Notes: generated by a model from the letters alone, not told the origin. Positions 14,501 to 28,800 are shown, counted from the stretch's first letter. The stretch is 64,000 nucleotides of DNA from Eledone cirrhosa (GCA_964016885.1 OZ024741.1:20708001-20772000); one strand, 5' to 3'. Program-made: numbers and translations.

Positions 14501-15790
14501 GACAACCAATTAGATGGTGGAACTTGGGAGTGAAGACCAGCTAAGACAACCAATTAGATGGTGGAACTTGGGGAGTGAAGACCAGCTAAGACAACCAATT
14601 AGAATGTGGAACTTGGGGAGTGAAGACCAGCTAAGAGAACCAATTAGATGGTGGAACTTGGGGACTGAAGACCAGCTAAGACAACCAATTAGATGGTGGA
14701 ACTTGGGGAGTGAAGACCAGCTAAGACAACCAATTAGATGGTGGAACTTCGGGAGTGAAGACCAGCTAAGACAACCAATTAGATGGTGGAACTTGGGGAG
14801 TGAAGACCAGCTAAGACAACCAATTAGAATGTGGAACTTGGGGAGTGAAGACCAGCTAAGAGAACCAATTAGATGGTGGAACTTGGGAGTGAAGACCAGC
14901 TAAGACAACCAATTAGATGATGGAATTGGGGAATGAAGACCAGCTAAGACAACCAATTAGAATGTGGAACTTGGGGAGTGAAGACCAGCTAAGAGAACCA
15001 ATTAGATGGTGGAACTTGGGGAGTGAAGACCAGCTGAGACAACCAATTAGATGGTGGAACTTGGGGACTGAAGACCAGCTAAGACAACCAATTAGATGGT
15101 GGAACTTGGGGAGTGAAGACCAGCTGAGACAACCGATTAGATGGTGGAACTTGGGAGTGAAGACCAGCTAAGACAACCAATTAGATGATGGAATTGGGGA
15201 ATGAAGACCAGCTAAGACAACCAATTAGAATGTGGAACTTGGGGAGTGAAGACCAGCTAAGAGAACCAATTAGATGGTGGAACTTGGGGAGTGAAGACCA
15301 GCTGAGACAACCAATTAGATGGTGGAACTTGGGAGTGAAGACCAGCTAAGACAACCAATTAGATGATGGAATTGGGGAATGAAGACCAGCTAAGACAACC
15401 AATTAGAATGTGGAACTTGGGGAGTGAAGACCAGCTGAGACAACCAATTAGATGTAGGAACTTGGGGACTGAAGACCAGCTAAGACAACCAATTAGATAG
15501 TGGAACTTGGGGAGTGAAGATCAGCTGAGACAACCAATTAGATGGTGGAACTTGGAGAGTGAAGACCAGATAAGACAACCAATTAGATGGTGGAACTTGG
15601 AGAGGGAAGACCAGATAAGACAACCAATTAGATGGTGGAACTTGGGGACTGAAGACCAGCTAAGACAACCAATTAGATGGTGGAACTTGGAGAGTGAAGA
15701 CCAGCTAAGACAACCAATTAGATGGTGGAACTTGGGAGTGAAGACCAGCTAAGACAACCAATTAGATGGTGGAACTTGGGGAGTGAAGAC
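11538..15790. repeat. Higher-order repeat family A, copy 3 (about 4.3 kb; right end switches to other variants)
   Basis: Same variant order as copies 1 and 2. The tail matches copy 2 at offset 4398 (10116/14514, 10519/14917, 11109/15507). It is followed by the TAACAGGG monomer at 15821 instead of the A restart. Confidence 0.9.
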
Positions 15791-16789
15791 CAGCTAAGAC
15801 AACCAATTAGATGGTGGAACTAACAGGGTGAAGACCAGCTAAGACAACCAATTAGATGATGGAACTTGGAGAGTGAAGACCAGTTAAGAGAACCAATTAG
15901 ATGGTGGAACGTGTGGACTGAAGACCAGCTAAGACAACCAATAAGATGGTGGAACTTGGGGAGTGAAGACCAGCTGAGACAACCAATTAGATTGTGGAAC
16001 TTGGGGAGTGAAGACCAGCTAAGATAACCAATTAGATGGTGGAACTTGGGGACTGAAGACCAGCTAAGACAACCAATTAGATGGTGGAACTTGGGGACTG
16101 AAGACCAGCTAAGACAACCAATTAGATGGTGGAATTTGTGGAGTGACGACCAGCTAAGACAACCAATTAGATGGTGGAACTTGGGGACTGAAGACCAGCT
16201 AAGACAACCAATTAGATGGTGGAACTTGGGAGTGAAGACCAGCTAAGACAACCAATTAGATGGTGGAATTGGGGAATGAAGACCAGCTAAGACAACCAAT
16301 TAGATGGTGGAACTTGCGGAGTGAAGACCAGCTAAGAAAACCAATTAGATGGTGGAACTTGGGGACTGAAGACCAGCTAAGACAACCAATTAGATGGTGG
16401 AACTTGGGGACTGAAGACCAGCTAAGACAACCAATTAGAATGTGGAACTTGGGGAGTGAAGACCAGCTAAGAGAACCAATTAGATGGTGGAACTTGGGGA
16501 CTGAAGACCAGCTAAGACAACCAATTAGATGGTGGAACTTGGGGAGTGAAGACCAGCTAAGACAACCAATTAGATGGTGGAACTTGGGGAGTGAAGACCA
16601 GCTAAGACAACCAATTAGATGGTGGAACTTGGAGAGTGAAGACCAGCTAAGACAACCAATTAGATGGTGGAACTTGGGAGTGAAGACCAGCTAAGACAAC
16701 CAATTAGATGGTGGAACTTGGGGAGTGAAGACCAGCTAAGACAACCAATTAGAATGTGGAACTTGGGGAGTGAAGACCAGCTAAGAGAA

Positions 16790-19700
16790 CCAATTAGATG
16801 GTGGAACTTGGGGAGTGAAGACCAGCTAAGACAACCAATTAGATGGTGGAACTTGGGGACTGAAGACCAGCTAAGACAACCAATTAGATGGTGGAACTTG
16901 GGGAGTGAAGACCAGCTAAGACAACCCATTAGATGGTGGAACTTGGGGACTGAAGACCAGCTAAGACAACCAATTAGATGGTGGAACTTGGGGAGTGAAG
17001 ACCAGCTAAGACAACCAATTAGATGGTGGAACTTGGGGAGTGAAGACCAGCTAAGACAACCAATTAGATGGTGGAACTTGGGGACTGAAGACCAGCTAAG
17101 ACAACCAATTAGATGGTGGAACTTGGGGAGTGAAGACCAGCTAAGACAACCAATTAGAATGTGGAACTTGGGGACTGAAGACCAGCTAAGAGAACCAATT
17201 AGATGGTGGAACTTGGGAGTGAAGACCAGCTAAGACAACCAATTAGATGGTGGAACTTGGGGAGTGAAGACCAGCTAAGACAACCAATTAGAATGTGGAA
17301 CTTGGGGAGTGAAGACCAGCTAAGAGAACCAATTAGATGGTGGAACTTGGGGACTGAAGACCAGCTAAGACAACCAATTAGATGGTGGAACTTGGGGAGT
17401 GAAGACCAGCTAAGACAACCAATTAGAATGTGGAACTTGGGGAGTGAAGACCAGCTAAGAGAACCAATTAGATGGTGGAACTTGGGGAGTGAAGACCAGC
17501 TAAGAGAACCAGTTAGATGGTGGAACTTGGGGACTGAAGTACAGTTAAGACAACCAATTAGATGGTGGAACTTGGGGAGTGAAGACCAGCTAAGACAACC
17601 AATTACATGGTGGAACTTGGAGAGTGAAGACCAGCTAAGACAACCAATTAGATGGTGGAACTTGGGGAGTGAAGACCAGCTAAGACAACCAATTAGATGG
17701 TGGAACTTGGAGAGTGAAGACCAGCTAAGTCAACCAATTAGATGGTGGAACTTGGGGAGTGAAGACCAGCTAAGACAACCAATTAGATGGTGGAACTTGG
17801 GGAGTGAAGACCAGCTAAGACAACCAATTAGATGGTGGAACTTGGGGAGTGAAGACCAGCTAAGACAACCAATTAGATGGTGGAACTTGGGGAGTGAAGA
17901 CCAGCTAAGACAACCAATTAGATGGTGGAACTTGGGGACTGAAGACCAGCTAAGACAACCAATTAGATGGTGGAACTTGGGGAGTGAAGACCAGCTAAGA
18001 CAACCAATTAGATGGTGGAACTTGGGGAGTGAAGACCAGCTAAGACAACCAATTAGATGGTGGAACTTGGGGAGTGAAGACCAGCTAAGACAACCAATTA
18101 GAATGTGGAACTTGGGGAGTGAAGACCAGCTAAGAGAACCAATTAGATGGTGGAACTTGGGAGTGAAGACCAGCTAAGACAACCAATTAGATGGTGGAAC
18201 TTGGGGAGTGAAGACCAGCTAAGACAACCAATTAGATGGTGGAACTTAGGGACTGAAGACCAGCTAAGACAACCAATTAGATGGTGGAACTTGGGGAGTG
18301 AAGACCAGCTAAGACAACCAATTAGAATGTGGAACTTGGGGACTGAAGACCAGCTAAGAGAACCAATTAGATGGTGGAACTTGGGAGTGAAGACCAGCTA
18401 AGACAACCAATTAGATGGTGGAACTTGGGGAGTGAAGACCAGCTAAGACAACCAATTAGAATGTGGAACTTGGGGAGTGAAGACCAGCTAAGAGAACCAA
18501 TTAGATGGTGGAACTTGGGGACTGAAGACCAGCTAAGACAACCAATTAGATGGTGGGACTTGGGGAGTGAAGACCAGCTAAGACAACCAATTAGATGGTG
18601 GAACTTGGAGAGTGAAGACCAGCTAAGACAACCAATTAGATGGTGGAACTTGGGGAGTGAAGACCAGCTAAGACAACCAATTAGAATGTGGAACTTGGGG
18701 AGTGAAGACCAGCTAAGAGAACCAATTAGATGGTGGAACTTGGGGAGTGAAGACCAGCTAAGAGAACCAGTTAGATGGTGGAACTTGGGGACTGAAGTAC
18801 AGTTAAGACAACCAATTAGATGGTGGAACTTGGGGACTGAAGACCAGCTAAGACAACCAATTAGATGGTGGAACTTGGGGACTGAAGACCAGCTAAGACA
18901 ACCAATTAGATGGTGGAACTTGGGGAGTGACGACCAGCTAAGACAACCAAATAGATCGTGGAACTTGGGGACTGAAGTCCAGTTAAGACAACCAATTAGA
19001 TGGTGGAGCCTGGAGAGTGAAGACCAGCTAAGACAGCCAATTAGATGGTGGAACTTGGGGTGTGGAGACCAGCTAAGACAACCAATTAGATGGTGGAACT
19101 TGGGAGTGAAGACCAGCTAAGACAACCAATTAGATGGTGGAATTGGGGAATGAAGACCAGCTAAGACAACCAATTAGATGGTGGAACTTGGGGAGTGAAG
19201 ACCAGCTAAGACAACAAATTAGATGGTGGAGCCTGGAGAGTGAAGACCAGCTAAGACAACCAATTAGATGGTGGAACTTGGGGAGTGAAGACCAGCTAAG
19301 ACAACCAATTAGATGGTGGAACTTGGGGAGTGAAGACCAGCTAAGACAACCAATTAGATGGTGGAACTTGGAGAGTGAAGACCAGCTAAGACAACCAATT
19401 AGATGGTGGAACTTGGGGAGTGAAGACCAGCTAAGACAACCAATTAGATGGTGGAACTTGGGGAGTGAAGACCAGCTAAGACAACCAATTAGATGGTGGA
19501 ACTTGGGGAGTGAAGACCAGCTAAGACAACCAATTAGATGGTGGAACTTGGGGACTGAAGACCAGCTAAGACAACCAATTAGATGGTGGAACTTGGGGAG
19601 TGAAGACCAGCTAAGACAACCCATTAGATGGTGGAACTTGGGGACTGAAGACCAGCTAAGACAACCAATTAGATGGTGGAACTTGGGGAGTGAAGACCAG

Positions 19701-21500
19701 CTAAGACAACCAATTAGATGGTGGAACTTGGGGAGTGAAGACCAGCTAAGACAACCAATTAGATGGTGGAACTTGGGGACTGAAGACCAGCTAAGACAAC
19801 CAATTAGATGGTGGAACTTGGGGAGTGAAGACCAGCTAAGACAACCAATTAGAATGTGGAACTTGGGGACTGAAGACCAGCTAAGAGAACCAATTAGATG
19901 GTGGAACTTGGGAGTGAAGACCAGCTAAGACAACCAATTAGATGGTGGAACTTGGGGAGTGAAGACCAGCTAAGACAACCAATTAGAATGTGGAACTTGG
20001 GGAGTGAAGACCAGCTAAGAGAACCAATTAGATGGTGGAACTTGGGGACTGAAGACCAGCTAAGACAACCAATTAGATGGTGGAACTTGGGGAGTGAAGA
20101 CCAGCTAAGACAACCAATTAGAATGTGGAACTTGGGGAGTGAAGACCAGCTAAGAGAACCAATTAGATGGTGGAACTTGGGGAGTGAAGACCAGCTAAGA
20201 GAACCAGTTAGATGGTGGAACTTGGGGACTGAAGTACAGTTAAGACAACCAATTAGATGGTGGAACTTGGGGAGTGAAGACCAGCTAAGACAACCAATTA
20301 CATGGTGGAACTTGGAGAGTGAAGACCAGCTAAGACAACCAATTAGATGGTGGAACTTGGGGAGTGAAGACCAGCTAAGACAACCAATTAGATGGTGGAA
20401 CTTGGAGAGTGAAGACCAGCTAAGTCAACCAATTAGATGGTGGAACTTGGGGAGTGAAGACCAGCTAAGACAACCAATTAGATGGTGGAACTTGGGGAGT
20501 GAAGACCAGCTAAGACAACCAATTAGATGGTGGAACTTGGGGAGTGAAGACCAGCTAAGACAACCAATTAGATGGTGGAACTTGGGGAGTGAAGACCAGC
20601 TAAGACAACCAATTAGATGGTGGAACTTGGGGACTGAAGACCAGCTAAGACAACCAATTAGATGGTGGAACTTGGGGAGTGAAGACCAGCTAAGACAACC
20701 AATTAGATGGTGGAACTTGGGGAGTGAAGACCAGCTAAGACAACCAATTAGATGGTGGAACTTGGGGAGTGAAGACCAGCAAAGACAACCAATTAGAATG
20801 TGGAACTTGGGGAGTGAAGACCAGCTAAGAGAACCAATTAGATGGTGGAACTTGGGAGTGAAGACCAGCTAAGACAACCAATTAGATGGTGGAACTTGGG
20901 GAGTGAAGACCAGCTAAGACAACCAATTAGATGGTGGAACTTGGGGACTGAAGACCAGCTAAGACAACCAATTAGATGGTGGAACTTGGGGAGTGAAGAC
21001 CAGCTAAGACAACCAATTAGAATGTGGAACTTGGGGACTGAAGACCAGCTAAGAGAACCAATTAGATGGTGGAACTTGGGAGTGAAGACCAGCTAAGACA
21101 ACCAATTAGATGGTGGAACTTGGGGAGTGAAGACCAGCTAAGACAACCAATTAGAATGTGGAACTTGGGGAGTGAAGACCAGCTAAGAGAACCAATTAGA
21201 TGGTGGAACTTGGGGACTGAAGACCAGCTAAGACAACCAATTAGATGGTGGAACTTGGGGAGTGAAGACCAGCTAAGACAACCAATTAGATGGTGGAACT
21301 TGGAGAGTGAAGACCAGCTAAGACAACCAATTAGATGGTGGAACTTGGGGAGTGAAGACCAGCTAAGACAACCAATTAGAATGTGGAACTTGGGGAGTGA
21401 AGACCAGCTAAGAGAACCAATTAGATGGTGGAACTTGGGGAGTGAAGACCAGCTAAGAGAACCAGTTAGATGGTGGAACTTGGGGACTGAAGTACAGTTA
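16790..21500. repeat. Duplication of about 2 kb at offset 2695 bp (60 monomers)
   Basis: ORF pairs 17203/19898, 18147/20842 and 18371/21066. The rare ACCCATT variant occurs near 16924 and 19619. Boundaries approximate. Confidence 0.85.
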
Positions 21501-23330
21501 AGACAACCAATTAGATGGTGGAACTTGGGGAGTGAAGACCAGCTAAGACAACCAATTACATGGTGGAACTTGGAGAGTGAAGACCAGCTAAGACAACCAA
21601 TTAGATGGTGGAACTTGGGGAGTGAAGACCAGCTAAGACAACCAATTAGATGGTGGAACTTGGAGAGTGAAGACCAGCTAAGTCAACCAATTAGATGGTG
21701 GAACTTGGGGAGTGAAGACCAGCTAAGACAACCAATTAGATGGTGGAACTTGGGGAGTGAAGACCAGCTAAGACAACCAATTAGATGGTGGAACTTGGGG
21801 AGTGAAGACCAGCTAAGACAACCAATTAGATGGTGGAACTTGGGGACTGAACACCAGCTAAGACAACCAATTAGATGGTGGAACTTGGGGAGTGAAGACC
21901 AGCTAAGACAACCAATTAGATGGTGGAACTTGGGGAGTGAAGACCAGCTAAGACAACCAATTAGATGGTGGAACTTGGGGAGTGAAGACCAGCTAAGACA
22001 ACCAATTAGAATGTGGAACTTGGGGAGTGAAGACCAGCTAAGAGAACCAATTAGATGGTGGAACTTGGGAGTGAAGACCAGCTAAGACAACCAATTAGAT
22101 GGTGGAACTTGGGGAGTGAAGACCAGCTAAGACAACCAATTAGATGGTGGAACTTGGGGACTGAAGACCAGCTAAGACAACCAATTAGATGGTGGAACTT
22201 GGGGAGTGAAGACCAGCTAAGACAACCAATTAGAATGTGGAACTTGGGGACTGAAGACCAGCTAAGAGAACCAATTAGATGGTGGAACTTGGGAGTGAAG
22301 ACCAGCTAAGACAACCAATTAGATGGTGGAACTTGGGGAGTGAAGACCAGCTAAGACAACCAATTAGAATGTGGAACTTGGGGAGTGAAGACCAGCTAAG
22401 AGAACCAATTAGATGGTGGAACTTGGGGACTGAAGACCAGCTAAGACAACCAATTAGATGGTGGAACTTGGGGAGTGAAGACCAGCTAAGACAACCAATT
22501 AGATGGTGGAACTTGGAGAGTGAAGACCAGCTAAGACAACCAATTAGATGGTGGAACTTGGGGAGTGAAGACCAGCTAAGACAACCAATTAGAATGTGGA
22601 ACTTGGGGAGTGAAGACCAGCTAAGAGAACCAATTAGATGGTGGAACTTGGGGAGTGAAGACCAGCTAAGAGAACCAGTTAGATGGTGGAACTTGGGGAC
22701 TGAAGTACAGTTAAGACAACCAATTAGATGGTGGAACTTGGGGAGTGAAGACCAGCTAAGACAACCAATTACATGGTGGAACTTGGAGAGTGAAGACCAG
22801 CTAAGACAACCAATTAGATGGTGGAACTTGGGGAGTGAAGACCAGCTAAGACAACCAATTAGATGGTGGAACTTGGAGAGTGAAGACCAGCTAAGTCAAC
22901 CAATTAGATGGTGGAACTTGGGGAGTGAAGACCAGCTAAGACAACCAATTAGATGGTGGAACTTGGGGAGTGAAGACCAGCTAAGACAACCAATTAGATG
23001 GTGGAACTTGGGGAGTGAAGACCAGCTAAGACAACCAATTAGATGGTGGAACTTGGGGACTGAACACCAGCTAAGACAACCAATTAGATGGTGGAACTTG
23101 GGGAGTGAAGACCAGCTAAGACAACCAATTAGATGGTGGAACTTGGGGAGTGAAGACCAGCTAAGACAACCAATTAGATGGTGGAACTTGGGGAGTGAAG
23201 ACCAGCTAAGACAACCAATTAGAATGTGGAACTTGGGGAGTGAAGACCAGCTAAGAGAACCAATTAGATGGTGGAACTTGGGAGTGAAGACCAGCTAAGA
23301 CAACCAATTAGATGGTGGAACTTGGGGAGT
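20832..23330. repeat. Tandem duplication, 1213-bp unit (27 monomers) x2
   Basis: Identical ORF translations at 20842/22055 and 21066/22279. GAACACCAG variant at 21849 and 23062. Confidence 0.92.
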
Positions 23331-24019
23331 GAAGACCAGCTAAGAGAACCAATTAGATGGTGGAACTTGGGGAGTGAAGACCAGCTGAGACAACCAATTA
23401 GATGGTGGAACTTGGGGACTGAAGACCAGCTAAGACAACCAATTAGATGGTGGAACTTGGGGAGTGAAGACCAGCTAAGACAACCAATTAGATGGTGGAA
23501 CTTCGGGAGTGAAGACCAGCTAAGACAACCAATTAGATGGTGGAACTTGGGGAGTGAAGACCAGCTAAGACAACCAATTAGAATGTGGAACTTGGGGAGT
23601 GAAGACCAGCTAAGAGAACCAATTAGATGGTGGAACTTGGGAGTGAAGACCAGCTAAGACAACCAATTAGATGGTGGAATTGGGGAATGAAGACCAGCTA
23701 AGACAACCAATTAGAATGTGGAACTTGGGGAGTGAAGACCAGCTAAGAGAACCAATTAGATGGTGGAACTTGGGGAGTGAAGACCAGCTGAGACAACCAA
23801 TTAGATGGTGGAACTTGGGGACTGAAGACCAGCTAAGACAACCAATTAGATGATGGAATTGGGGAATGAAGACCAGCTAAGACAACCAATTAGAATGTGG
23901 AACTTGGGGAGTGAAGACCAGCTAAGAGAACCAATTAGATGGTGGAACTTGGGGAGTGAAGACCAGCTGAGACAACCAATTAGATGGTGGAACTTGGGGA
24001 CTGAAGACCAGCTAAGACA

Positions 24020-25800
24020 ACCAATTAGATGGTGGAACTTGGGGAGTGAAGACCAGCTGAGACAACCAATTAGATGGTGGAACTTGGGAGTGAAGACCAG
24101 CTAAGACAACCAATTAGAAGATGGAATTGGGGAATGAAGACCAGCTAAGACAACCAATTAGAATGTGGAACTTGGGGAGTGAAGACCAGCTAAGAGAACC
24201 AATTAGATGGTGGAACTTGGGAGTGAAGACCAGCTAAGACAACCAATTAGATGGTGGAACTTGGGGAGTGAAGACCAGCTAAGACAACCAATTAGAATGT
24301 GGAACTTGGGGAGTGAAGACCAGCTAAGAGAACCAATTAGATGGTGGAACTTGGGGAGTGAAGACCAGCTAAGAGAACCAGTTAGATGGTGGAACTTGGG
24401 GACTGAAGTACAGTTAAGACAACCAATTAGATGGTGGAACTTGGGGAGTGAAGACCAGCTAAGACAACCAATTACATGGTGGAACTTGGAGAGTGAAGAC
24501 CAGCTAAGACAACCAATTAGATGGTGGAACTTGGGGAGTGAAGACCAGCTAAGACAACCAATTAGATGGTGGAACTTGGAGAGTGAAGACCATCTAAGTC
24601 AACCAATTAGATGGTGGAACTTGGGGAGTGAAGACCAGCTAAGACAACCAATAAGATGGTGGAACTTGGGGAGTGAAGACCAGCTAAGACAACCAATTAG
24701 ATGGTGGAACTTGGGGAGTGAAGACCAGCTAAGACAACCAATTAGATGGTGGAACTTGGGGACTGAACACCAGCTAAGACAACCAATTAGATGGTGGAAC
24801 TTGGGGAGTGAAGACCAGCTAAGACAACCAATTAGATTGTGGAACTTGGGGAGTGAAGACCAGCTAAGACAACCAATTAGATGGTGGAACTTGGGGAGTG
24901 AAGACCAGCTAAGACAACCAATTAGATGGTGGAACTTGGGGAGTGAAGACCAGCTGAGACAACCAATTAGATGGTGGAACTTGGGAGTGAAGACCAGCTA
25001 AGACAACCAATTAGAAGATGGAATTGGGGAATGAAGACCAGCTAAGACAACCAATTAGAATGTGGAACTTGGGGAGTGAAGACCAGCTAAGAGAACCAAT
25101 TAGATGGTGGAACTTGGGAGTGAAGACCAGCTAAGACAACCAATTAGATGGTGGAACTTGGGGAGTGAAGACCAGCTAAGACAACCAATTAGAATGTGGA
25201 ACTTGGGGAGTGAAGACCAGCTAAGAGAACCAATTAGATGGTGGAACTTCGGGAGTGAAGACCAGCTAAGAGAACCAGTTAGATGGTGGAACTTGGGGAC
25301 TGAAGTACAGTTAAGACAACCAATTAGATGGTGGAACTTGGGGAGTGAAGACCAGCTAAGACAACCAATTACATGGTGGAACTTGGAGAGTGAAGACCAG
25401 CTAAGACAACCAATTAGATGGTGGAACTTGGGGAGTGAAGACCAGCTAAGACAACCAATTAGATGGTGGAACTTGGAGAGTGAAGACCATCTAAGTCAAC
25501 CAATTAGATGGTGGAACTTGGGGAGTGAAGACCAGCTAAGACAACCAATTAGATGGTGGAACTTGGGGAGTGAAGACCAGCTAAGACAACCAATTAGATG
25601 GTGGAACTTGGGGAGTGAAGACCAGCTAAGACAACCAATTAGATGGTGGAACTTGGGGACTGAACACCAGCTAAGACAACCAATTAGATGGTGGAACTTG
25701 GGGAGTGAAGACCAGCTAAGACAACCAATTAGATGGTGGAACTTGGGGAGTGAAGACCAGCTAAGACAACCAATTAGATGGTGGAACTTGGGGAGTGAAG
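24020..25800. repeat. Tandem duplication, 897-bp unit (20 monomers) x2
   Basis: AGAAGATGGAATTGG variant at 24116 and 25013. The GACCATCTAAGTC variant is in both copies. ORFs 24207/25104. Confidence 0.88.
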
Positions 25801-28800
25801 ACCAGCTAAGACAACCAATTAGAATGTGGAACTTGGGGAGTGAAGACCAGCTAAGAGAACCAATTAGATGGTGGAACTTGGGAGTGAAGACCAGCTAAGA
25901 CAACCAATTAGATGGTGGAACTTGGGGAGTGAAGACCAGCTAAGAGAACCAATTAGATGGTGGAACTTGGGGAGTGAAGACCAGCTGAGACAACCAATTA
26001 GATGGTGGAACTTGGGGACTGAAGACCAGCTAAGACAACCAATTAGATGGTGGAACATGGGGAGTGAAGACCAGCTAAGACAACCAATTAGATGGTGGAA
26101 CTTCGGGAGTGAAGACCAGCTAAGACAACCAATTAGATGGTGGAACTTGGGGAGTGAAGACCAGCTAAGACAACCAATTAGAATGTGGAACTTGGGGAGT
26201 GAAGACCAGCTAAGAGAACCAATTAGATGGTGGAACTTGGGAGTGAAGACCAGCTAAGACAACCAATTAGATGATGGAATTGGGGAATGAAGACCAGCTA
26301 AGACAACCAATTAGAATGTGGAACTTGGGGAGTGAAGACCAGCTAAGAGAACCAATTAGATGGTGGAACTTGGGGAGTGAAGACCAGCTGAGACAACCAA
26401 TTAGATGGTGGAACTTGGGGACTGAAGACCAGCTAAGACAACCAATTAGATGGTGGAACTTGGGGAGTGAAGACCAGCTAAGACAACCAATTAGAATGTG
26501 GAACTTGGGGAGTGAAGACCAGCTAAGAGAACCAATTAGATGGTGGAACTTGGGGAGTGAAGACCAGCTGAGACAACCAATTAGATGGTGGAACTTGGGG
26601 ACTGAAGACCAGCTAAGACAACCAATTAGATGGTGGAACTTGGGGAGTGAAGACCAGCTGAGACAACCAATTAGATGGTGGAACTTGGGAGTGAAGACCA
26701 GCTAAGACAACCAATTAGATGGTGGAACTTGGGGAGTGAAGACCAGCTAAGACAACCAATTAGAATGTGGAACCTGGGGAGTGAAGACCAGCTAAGAGAA
26801 CCAATTAGATGGTGGAACTTGGGGACTGAAGACCAGATAAGACAACCAATTAGATGGTGGAACTTGGGGAGTGAAGACCAGCTAAGACAACCAATTAGAT
26901 GGTGGAACTTGGGGAGTGAAGACCAGCTAAGACAACCAATTAGATGGTGGAACTTGGAGAGTGAAGACCAGCTAAGACAACCAATTAGATGGTGGAACTT
27001 GGGGAGTGAAGACCAGCTAAGACAACCAATTAGATGGTGGAACTTGGAGAGTGAAGACCAGCTAAGTCAACCAATTACATGGTGGAACTTGGGGAGTGAA
27101 GACCAGCTAAGACAACCAATTAGATGGTGGAACTTGGGGAGTGAAGACCAGCTAAGACAACCAATTAGATGGTGGAACTTGGGGAGTGAAGACCAGCTAA
27201 GACAACCAATCAGATGGTGGAACTTGGGGACTGAAGACCAGCTAAGACAACCAATTAGATGGTGGAACTTGGGGAGTGAAGACCAGCTAAGACAACCAAT
27301 TAGATGGTGGAACTTGGGGAGTGAAGACCAGCTAAGACAACCAATTAGATGGTGGAACTTGGGGAGTGAAGACCAGCTAAGACAACCAATTAGATGGTGG
27401 AACTTGGGGAGTGAAGACCAGCTAAGACAACCAATTAGAATGTGGAACTTGGGGAGTGAAGACCAGCTAAGAGAACCAATTAGATGGTGGAACTTGGGAG
27501 TGAAGACCAGCTAAGACAACCAATTAGATGGTGGAACTTGGGGAGTGAAGACCAGCTGAGACAACCAATTAGATGGTGGAACTTGGGGAGTGAAGACCAG
27601 CTCAGACAACCAATTAGATGGTGGAACTTCGGGAGTGAAGACCAGCTAAGACAACCAATTAGATGGTGGAACTTGGGGAGTGAAGACCAGCTAAGACAAC
27701 CAATTAGAATGTGGAACTTGGGGAGTGAAGACCAGCTAAGAGAACCAATTAGATGGTGGAACTTGGGAGTGAAGACCAGCTAAGACAACCAATTAGATGA
27801 TGGAATTGGGGAATGAAGACCAGCTAAGACAACCAATTAGAATGTGGAACTTAGGGAGTGAAGACCAGCTAAGAGAACCAATTAGATGGTGGAACTTGGG
27901 GAGTGAAGACCAGCTGAGACGACCAATTAGATGGTGGAACTTGGGGACTGAAGACCAGCTAAGACAAACAATTAGATGGTGGAACTTGGGGAGTGAAGAC
28001 CAGCTGAGACAACCAATTAGATGGTGGAACTTGGGAGTGAAGACCAGCTAAGACAACCAATTAGATGATGGAATTGGGGAATGAAGACCAGCTAAGACAA
28101 CCAATTAGAATGTGGAACTTGGGGAGTGAAGACCAGCTAAGAGAACCAATTAGATGGTGGAACTTGGGGAGTGAAGACCAGCTGAGACAACCAATTAGAT
28201 GGTGGAACTTGGGGACTGAAGACCAGCTAAGACAACCAATTAGATGGTGGAACTTGGGGAGTGAAGACCAGCTGAGACAACCAATTAGATGGTGGAACTT
28301 GGAGAGTGAAGACCAGATAAGACAACCAATTAGATGGTGGAACTTGGAGAGTGAAGACCAGATAAGACAACCAATTAGATGGTGGAACTTGGGGACTGAA
28401 GACCAGCTAAGACAACCAATTAGATGGTGGAACTTGGAGAGTGAAGACCAGATAAGACAACCAATTAGATGGTGGAACTTGGGGACTGAAGACCAGCTAA
28501 GACAACCAATTAGATGGTGGAACTTGGGGAGTGAAGACCAGCTAAGACAACCAATTAGATGGTGGAACTTGGGGACTGAAGTCCAGTTAAGACAACAAAT
28601 TAGATGGTGAAGCCTGGAGAGTGAAGGCCAGCTAAGACAAACAATTAGATGGTGGAACTTGGGGTGTGGAGACCAGCTAAGACAACCAATTAGATGGTGG
28701 AACTTGGGAGTGAAGACCAGCTAAGACAACCAATTAGATGGTGGAATTGGGGAATGAAGACCAGCTAAGACAACCAATTAGATGGTGGAACTTGGGGAGT

